From contig NC_043003.1 in NCBI RefSeq assembly GCF_006345805.1, positions 108,128,001 through 108,192,000 of the forward strand: 64,000 nucleotides of DNA, given 5' to 3'. Source of the stretch: Octopus sinensis. Taxonomy: Eukaryota. The notes under the pieces were generated by a model. That model made no database searches and was not told the DNA's origin. It saw only the letters and a list, made by a program, of their open reading frames with translations. Shown here one piece after another: positions 58,031 through 64,000 of the stretch. A program made the translations under genes and the position numbers. Within the stretch, counting starts at the first letter, position 1, and every line of letters starts with the position of its first letter.

Positions 58031-58891
58031 ATATAGATGAATGATAAGGAAAATGGGATCTACGTGTAAACAAACACGACCGTCCATGTAAAGGTTGTGT
58101 ACGGAAGTACTTAACGTTGGGGAGACGGATAAACAAATTATTTCAACAGAAGTTTTATCTTTCTGGAACCTAATACTTCCTGTTGACATTGACGAAGATT
58201 AATATTTTTCCAAGTAGAATTCAAAACACAAATTTCATTCCACCATTAAAATTGGATACAACGACATGAACAACCACAGCAATTATCTTCATTGAAGAAC
58301 CTCAACCTCGAATGCAAGTATTTAATCTGTTAAGAAATGAAGAAATGAACAGTCTTAATCTCCCTTCAAAAGTATTCTCTTTACACTATGTTCTATGATT
58401 TTTAATACAAAATTCTCCAAGAAAAATTTAACAAAGGAAAACAAGAATAAAATCATATAAGCCAATAGATAACATTTTTTCCTTCATTCCTGCCTAGCAT
58501 ACACGTCTATTTTCATGAAACCGATACAAATAAAAGATAAACATTTTCAAAAAAATATTTCTGAAAGTTAAATTTGAAATTGAAACCCTACAGAGATGTT
58601 CTGATGCGAAAGAGATTTTGAAACGAATGTCTGTAGATATAATGGGAAAATAAATCCATATCTGGATGATAACTTCAACTCTATTGACAATGTATAATGG
58701 GGATAAGAAGAAGACAATGAGTTTACGAACAAACAAAACATTGATTAGAAACAACTATTTCAGAGAAACATGAGCAGTTACATACATAGGAAGGGGGAGA
58801 TATGTTTTGATATTACAAGCATACATGTGATGTGTATGTATGTGTGTGTGCGTAAAGCATTTGGATTTACCAACAAAAGAGAAAAAGTAAA

Positions 58892-58980
<89 letters not shown>

Positions 58981-59180
58981 AGAGGTGTTTATTCACATAT
59001 AAATGAATCTGCATACTTGTGTGGTTAAGAAGTTCAATTCACAACAGTTTCTGATTCAAATCCACTGCACGACACTTTAGTTAGGGGCCTTCTTCTAGCT
59101 CATGAGTGGAAATTGGGCAACTGTGCAGAATACCGCACCGTACATATGTCTGTGTGTGTGTACACGAGGTGACAGTAATT

Positions 59181-59831
59181 AGCAGTGATGTGTTTAAATG
59201 CAAATTTGTTACCAGTTCAAATATGTTTGAGGCATATTCGAACCCGTAAAAAAACCAATGACTGTATTTTGTCATGGAAAACAATTTCTCGCTGTAGACA
59301 AATAGACGTAAATACAGTGAGTCATCTCGGTGACACCTAATCAGAAATACGTGCAAGGTGCATGTATTTCGAAGTGTTTATTTCCTCTTCAACCACTCTG
59401 GATGCTGCGTTACACCTTTTTGTTTGTAGCAAGAAATGTTCTGCTTGACAAGATACAGTGAATGGCTTTTTTACAGGTTCGAATATACCTGAAGTATATT
59501 CGAACAGGTAACAAGTTTGCGTATATACACGTCACTGCTTACCGCTATCATCTCGTATTTCATCTACGGTAAGCCGGTGAATAGCGCAACCAGTTATTGA
59601 ACGATGACGGGAATATCATGAGGAACATATCACTTGTATTAATCCGCAGCTTTTTCCCTTTTTCCGGACTGTGTGACTGAAGATGAAATAAACACTCCGA
59701 AATGCATTCATTCCACAGTCTGGCGCTTTGAGCTGACTCGATGTATTTACATCTACAGTGAGAAATTTCCTCCATGACAAAATACAGGGAATGGTTTTCT
59801 TACGGGTTCAAAAATGCCCGAAGCATATTTG

Positions 59832-59876
<45 letters not shown>

Positions 59877-59943
59877 TGTGTGCGTGCATGCGTGTGTGTG
59901 TATGTGTGTGTGTGTGTATGTGTGTGTGTGCGTGCGTGCGTGT

Positions 59944-59987
<44 letters not shown>

Positions 59988-60035
59988 TAATGTGCTTGAG
60001 GCATATTCGAACCTGTTCGCTACATTTTGTCATGG
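59181..60035. repeat. nested inverted-repeat element with four copies of a hairpin-containing module
   Basis: 59213-59400 is inverted at ~59660-59836. The module ...gttc(g/a)aatat...gcatattcgaac... lies at 59181 (+), 59464 (-), 59780 (-) and 59995 (+). Confidence 0.75.
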
Positions 60036-60154
60036 AGTATACAAATGGGTATAAACACATCAAGTCAGTCCGGTGAGCCCCCTACCCAGATCGATGGGTG
60101 CGTGCGTTTCGGTGTGGTTATTCCCCTCTTCAGCATCGAACACTATATACATAG

Positions 60155-60445
60155 GATGGAGGCGTGTCACTTAGAGGATTGGGTGTTGTGCTCACGATCG
60201 CCAGATTGTGGAGTCGATTATCGTACGGAGCACGCGTTTTTCTTGAGCAAAACACTTCATTTCACGTTGCTCTGCGATCATCTCAACATATGGCGTCTGA
60301 CACACTTGTCTGTACAGGCAATGTCAGTTTGATGGAGTGGGTGAGGTTACGTAAACACAAGCATTTGATCACTATAAACAAATCATCTGTGTTGTTGTCC
60401 AGTAAGAAATTGCAGAAGTCCCGTTCGTCGTTAAACGACAGGAGA
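60155..60445 (+). mobile_element. diverged tRNA-derived SINE
   Basis: Head ggaggcgtgtcacttagaggattgggtgttgtgctcacgatcg followed by cttgagcaaaacacttcatttcacgttgctc. Confidence 0.55.
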
Positions 60446-60467
60446 GTCCATTACGTGCGCACGTGTG

Positions 60468-60502
<35 letters not shown>

Positions 60503-60510
<8 letters not shown>

Positions 60511-60938
60511 GATGTTCGACGTTACTACCGTTTTGAACCCCATAAAGGGCTTCTTCCAGCTGGTTATCGATGCAATCTGCATCCGCTATATATTGCAAGT
60601 AGGAGAGAGAATCCCTATCATCTTCTAGCAGACGAAAGGATCACCAGACCGAGCGGTTTCGGAGTATTTGTGCTCATCGTCAGTGGTGGACACCCAGTCG
60701 CTAGAGGCAGCAAGAATTCGATCCAGCTTGCAATATATAGAAAACTAAGCGACCGTCAGGCATTGATCTTGCAACAATGGGCACAAATATTCCGAAACCG
60801 TTCGATCTGGTGATCCGTGTTAGGGGTTCGTTACTCTACTCGCAATATATACCGGGTGCAGAATGCATCAATAACAAGCTTGAGCAGGTTCTTCCTGAGG
60901 TAAAAAATGGTAGAAACATCGAAGTCATATTGATGTGG
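60503..60938. repeat. diverged ~435-bp foldback
   Basis: ggatcaccagaccgagcggtttcggagtatttgtgctcatcgt (60638-60680) pairs with 60774-60816 at 38/43; homology continues outward to ~60503 and ~60938. Confidence 0.8.
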
Positions 60939-61047
60939 CAATAAACATTACTTCTCAGTATTGTTGCTACTTTCATTTCTTATACAGATTTTCTAACTAA
61001 CTACTTTGTTATGTATAATATGTATATGCGTATACACACACACACAT

Positions 61048-61092
<45 letters not shown>

Positions 61093-61619
61093 GGCAAATT
61101 TGTTGTTGAAAATGCACCTAAATTTGGAAAACTTGTAATTGTTTAAAATACATTTATTTGCGTATATACCAAACTAGTGTAAACAATATTTTTTGTTTAT
61201 CAATGGTAAAAGTTTAAAATTATGAATTAGATAAACATGTTTAAAAGTTTCAATGTTGACAAAATGTTCATAACAGACAACTTTAGAATTATGAATTAGG
61301 AGAACAAGTACAGGAACTTCAATGTTGACAAGTTTAAATGTTCATAGCAGTCAATAATATTAAAACTGTACATCAATTTGTTTGAATGTACAAAGCTCAT
61401 TAGTGATCGACAAGAAATGAAATCATCAAAGTTTCAGTCATCCTGAGTTAAGAGGGAAAAAACAAGCGAGAAATGAAAATAGTAAAACAGGGAATTTGGT
61501 TTACAGTTTCTCTGATCCTCTTTCCGTAGGAGCTTTCGCTTGCAGCGGTTTGTTTTGGAATCAGGTGTATTTATAATTATTTCCGCGAGCGGATCTGATT
61601 TTTGATTCGTCAAAGTACT

Positions 61620-61944
61620 TGGGATTGTCATGTTTTTCCGTTCTGCCTGGTTGGTTTCTCTGCGGGGAACGGTCATCAATCGTTCCGATCGGCTGAAACT
61701 GCTCGCGATATCAACGAAACATTTGGTAAGGAAATGACCAGTGAGTGGTCAACTAGAAAATGGTTTAAACGATTTCGCAGTGGAGGCCTAAGCCTTGAAG
61801 ATCGTGAGCATAGTGGACACTTATCTGTCGTTGATGACGATCAATTAAAGACCGTCAGTGAAAATAAATGCACGTAAAACCACCCGAGAACTGGCAAAAG
61901 AACTTCAAGTTAGCCAGGAAACTGACTGCAACCACTTGTATGCG
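61620..61944 (+). mobile_element. mariner 5' fragment (same lineage as 17790-18966)
   Basis: SAETARDINETFGKEMTSEWSTRKWFKRFRSGGLSLEDREHSG; nucleotide similarity to 17990-18110. Confidence 0.85.
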
Positions 61945-62020
61945 ATTGACCATTCCAGCCTATAGCTTAAGTTCGCATCCTTCAGGATGCGAACTTAAGC
62001 TATAGGCTGGAATGGTCAAT
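61945..62020. repeat. perfect 76-bp palindrome (37-bp arms, 2-nt loop)
   Basis: attgaccattccagcctatagcttaagttcgcatcct-tc-aggatgcgaacttaagctataggctggaatggtcaat. Confidence 0.95.
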
Positions 62021-62340
62021 TTTGTCGGTGGCCCTCCCATTTGATAGGGGCAGAAGACAGTGCAACTTTGTGTCTCCGAACTCTTCCATATTTTGTTTGC
62101 CAGAGGCGGATGGTAAACGGGCTCTTACAGTCGGCTTTTCGATGCCCCCATTGGCGGCGTTACACTTATCTGGCCTTTAAATAGCGTTCATAAATAAGAC
62201 CGGCACCCATAGCCCTTGGTAACAAATTCTGAAATAGATTTTAAGATATCTACAATTAACCACTGCAAGGGAAATTACTCCTGTAAGACAAACGGGGCTT
62301 GTTTTTTCACAGCGGGGGGTTTCCTTGTCAAGGTAGGCTT
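62021..62340 (-). mobile_element. possible LINE ORF1 (gag-like zinc knuckle) remnant
   Basis: With one frameshift the minus strand reads DKC...WGHRKADCKSP, a CCHC-knuckle-like pattern; there is no other support. Confidence 0.3.
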
Positions 62341-63084
62341 AGATGAAAACACACACACAACATAAAACATAAAATATATATATATAATTTCTTTATTTTT
62401 TTTCTTTCTGCCACCCAACGGTTATCACGGCAGTAGCCACTGACAGCCGAACGATCAAACGCACACACGTACACAAAAAATGTTTTCTACCCCTACGCCA
62501 ACGCACACATATAAGAGAACAGTATACACACACACACGTCTCTAAGTAGATTTTTTCTCGCCCCTTATAAAACATCCAATATTCTTTAAATAGTCAGAAC
62601 TTATTCTCGGTCACAAAGAACATCTATACACCCCCACCCACATGTTTGACCGATGCCTGACCTGTTGAATTCTTCAGCCACCGGTTCTCAACATACACTG
62701 ATAAACAGTTTCGCCATGGGCTCTTAGGAGCACAGTTCGATTTGTTTTTTGCTCTGCCTCTGTTCTGTTTTTGTTTTTCCAACGGATTTCCTTTTTTCTT
62801 CCTGAAGAGAAAGACACAATATGGTCCCATTATTCAATCGGATTTTGGTAATTTGTGCCTTTCGAAACACGTGTAGAATGAAATAAAACGATTTCTGTTC
62901 AATCTGCGTTCAGCTCCATTTCTTCAATTCACCAATAATGTTTTAATTTCAATTATCCGCACCAACGCACGGTTGCAACGCCAGATGGTTGTACCTCCAA
63001 CCGTGCTGTTCACTGCTGTGATTTTGCTACTAAGGTATCGGTTAAACTTTTGATTAATCCACTACAAGATTATTCATCTTTCTA

Positions 63085-63090
63085 TTTCAC

Positions 63091-63147
<57 letters not shown>

Positions 63148-63248
63148 GTATATATATATATGTGTGTGTGTATATGTATATATATATGTATATATATATA
63201 TGTGTGTGTGTGTATGTGTGTGTATATATAGAGAGAAAGGACAAAGAC

Positions 63249-63284
<36 letters not shown>

Positions 63285-63679
63285 TGTGTGTGTGTTGCGG
63301 CTTCGCGTTTGCTTGATGTCGTGTCTCATTATGTCCCATTCTATCAGCGAATGTTTTGTTCACTGTTCTTCTTCGTATCGGGGCTCAGATTTCTTTCCGT
63401 CAGATGAGGATCGAGTGAACAGCATTGACAAGTCTCAACAAAGGTTAAAAAGCGAGTCACTGCAGCGTTGAGATTCGTCTGTTTGTCTTTCTGTCTGTCT
63501 TTCTCTCCTCTTTTCTCACCGATACACATTTTGTTTTTAACACAACAAATCTATGAGATTTTATGTCAGACAGTTCCACTGCTTCATGCCTTCCAGCTAT
63601 ATGTTTAGTATGATACAGACTCACACAATCACACACACACACACACAAATACACACACATATGTGTGTACATATATCTG

Positions 63680-63739
<60 letters not shown>

Positions 63740-63828
63740 GTATGTATATATGTATGTTTAAATGTGTATACATATACGTATATGTGTGTATGTAAGCATG
63801 TATGCATGTATGTATGTGTGCGCGCGCG

Positions 63829-63859
<31 letters not shown>

Positions 63860-63860
63860 A
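63085..63860. repeat. TA / TG / GA microsatellite blocks
   Basis: Directly visible at ~63085-63295 and ~63630-63860. Confidence 0.9.
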
Positions 63861-64000
63861 AAGTGAGAGAAGGACAAATTTATTATTGGGTAAAGCTTTA
63901 CAAATCGCTTTTGAAAAATCTTGATGCTGATCATTAGAGTTTTATGAAAAGAAAATATAAAAATGTGATTCGTAAGCTGTTTCCAGAAAAAAATGCTTGA

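Noticed and set aside
63390-63455. possible small host exon (tttccgtcag|ATGAGGATCG...CAAAG|gttaaa)
   Set aside because: Weak donor, 40 nt, no recognisable peptide; cannot be supported without RNA-seq. Similar candidates near 2220, 8230 and 14075-14117 were also rejected.

Overview
AT-rich, repeat-saturated eukaryotic DNA with one 100-N scaffold gap (8816-8915). The SINE families, very dense compound microsatellites and transposon mix resemble octopus (coleoid cephalopod) DNA; this is an inference from recalled repeat consensus, not a database match. I can support no intact host gene, tRNA, rRNA or CRISPR array, and most long ORFs in the track are microsatellite artefacts. Recognisable content: Penelope-like retroelements (a near-full-length copy at 46876-49950, a 5'-truncated copy with an inverted terminal repeat at 14489-16250, and three older fragments); three R4/Dong-like restriction-endonuclease LINE pieces; a CR1/L2-type LINE; four mariner (DD34D-type) copies; a DD37D (maT) remnant; a FLYWCH-bearing MULE-like derivative; a hAT MITE with an 8-bp TSD; and many tRNA-derived SINEs. 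Most worth a second look: minimal hammerhead-ribozyme-like motifs in two repeat families; a ~430-bp ribozyme-bearing foldback with no ORF; several unexplained foldbacks (one with G-U-biased arm divergence, one a perfect 76-bp palindrome); and a 2.8-kb modular AT/GC foldback array. All coordinates and alignments were read by eye and are approximate to a few bases.
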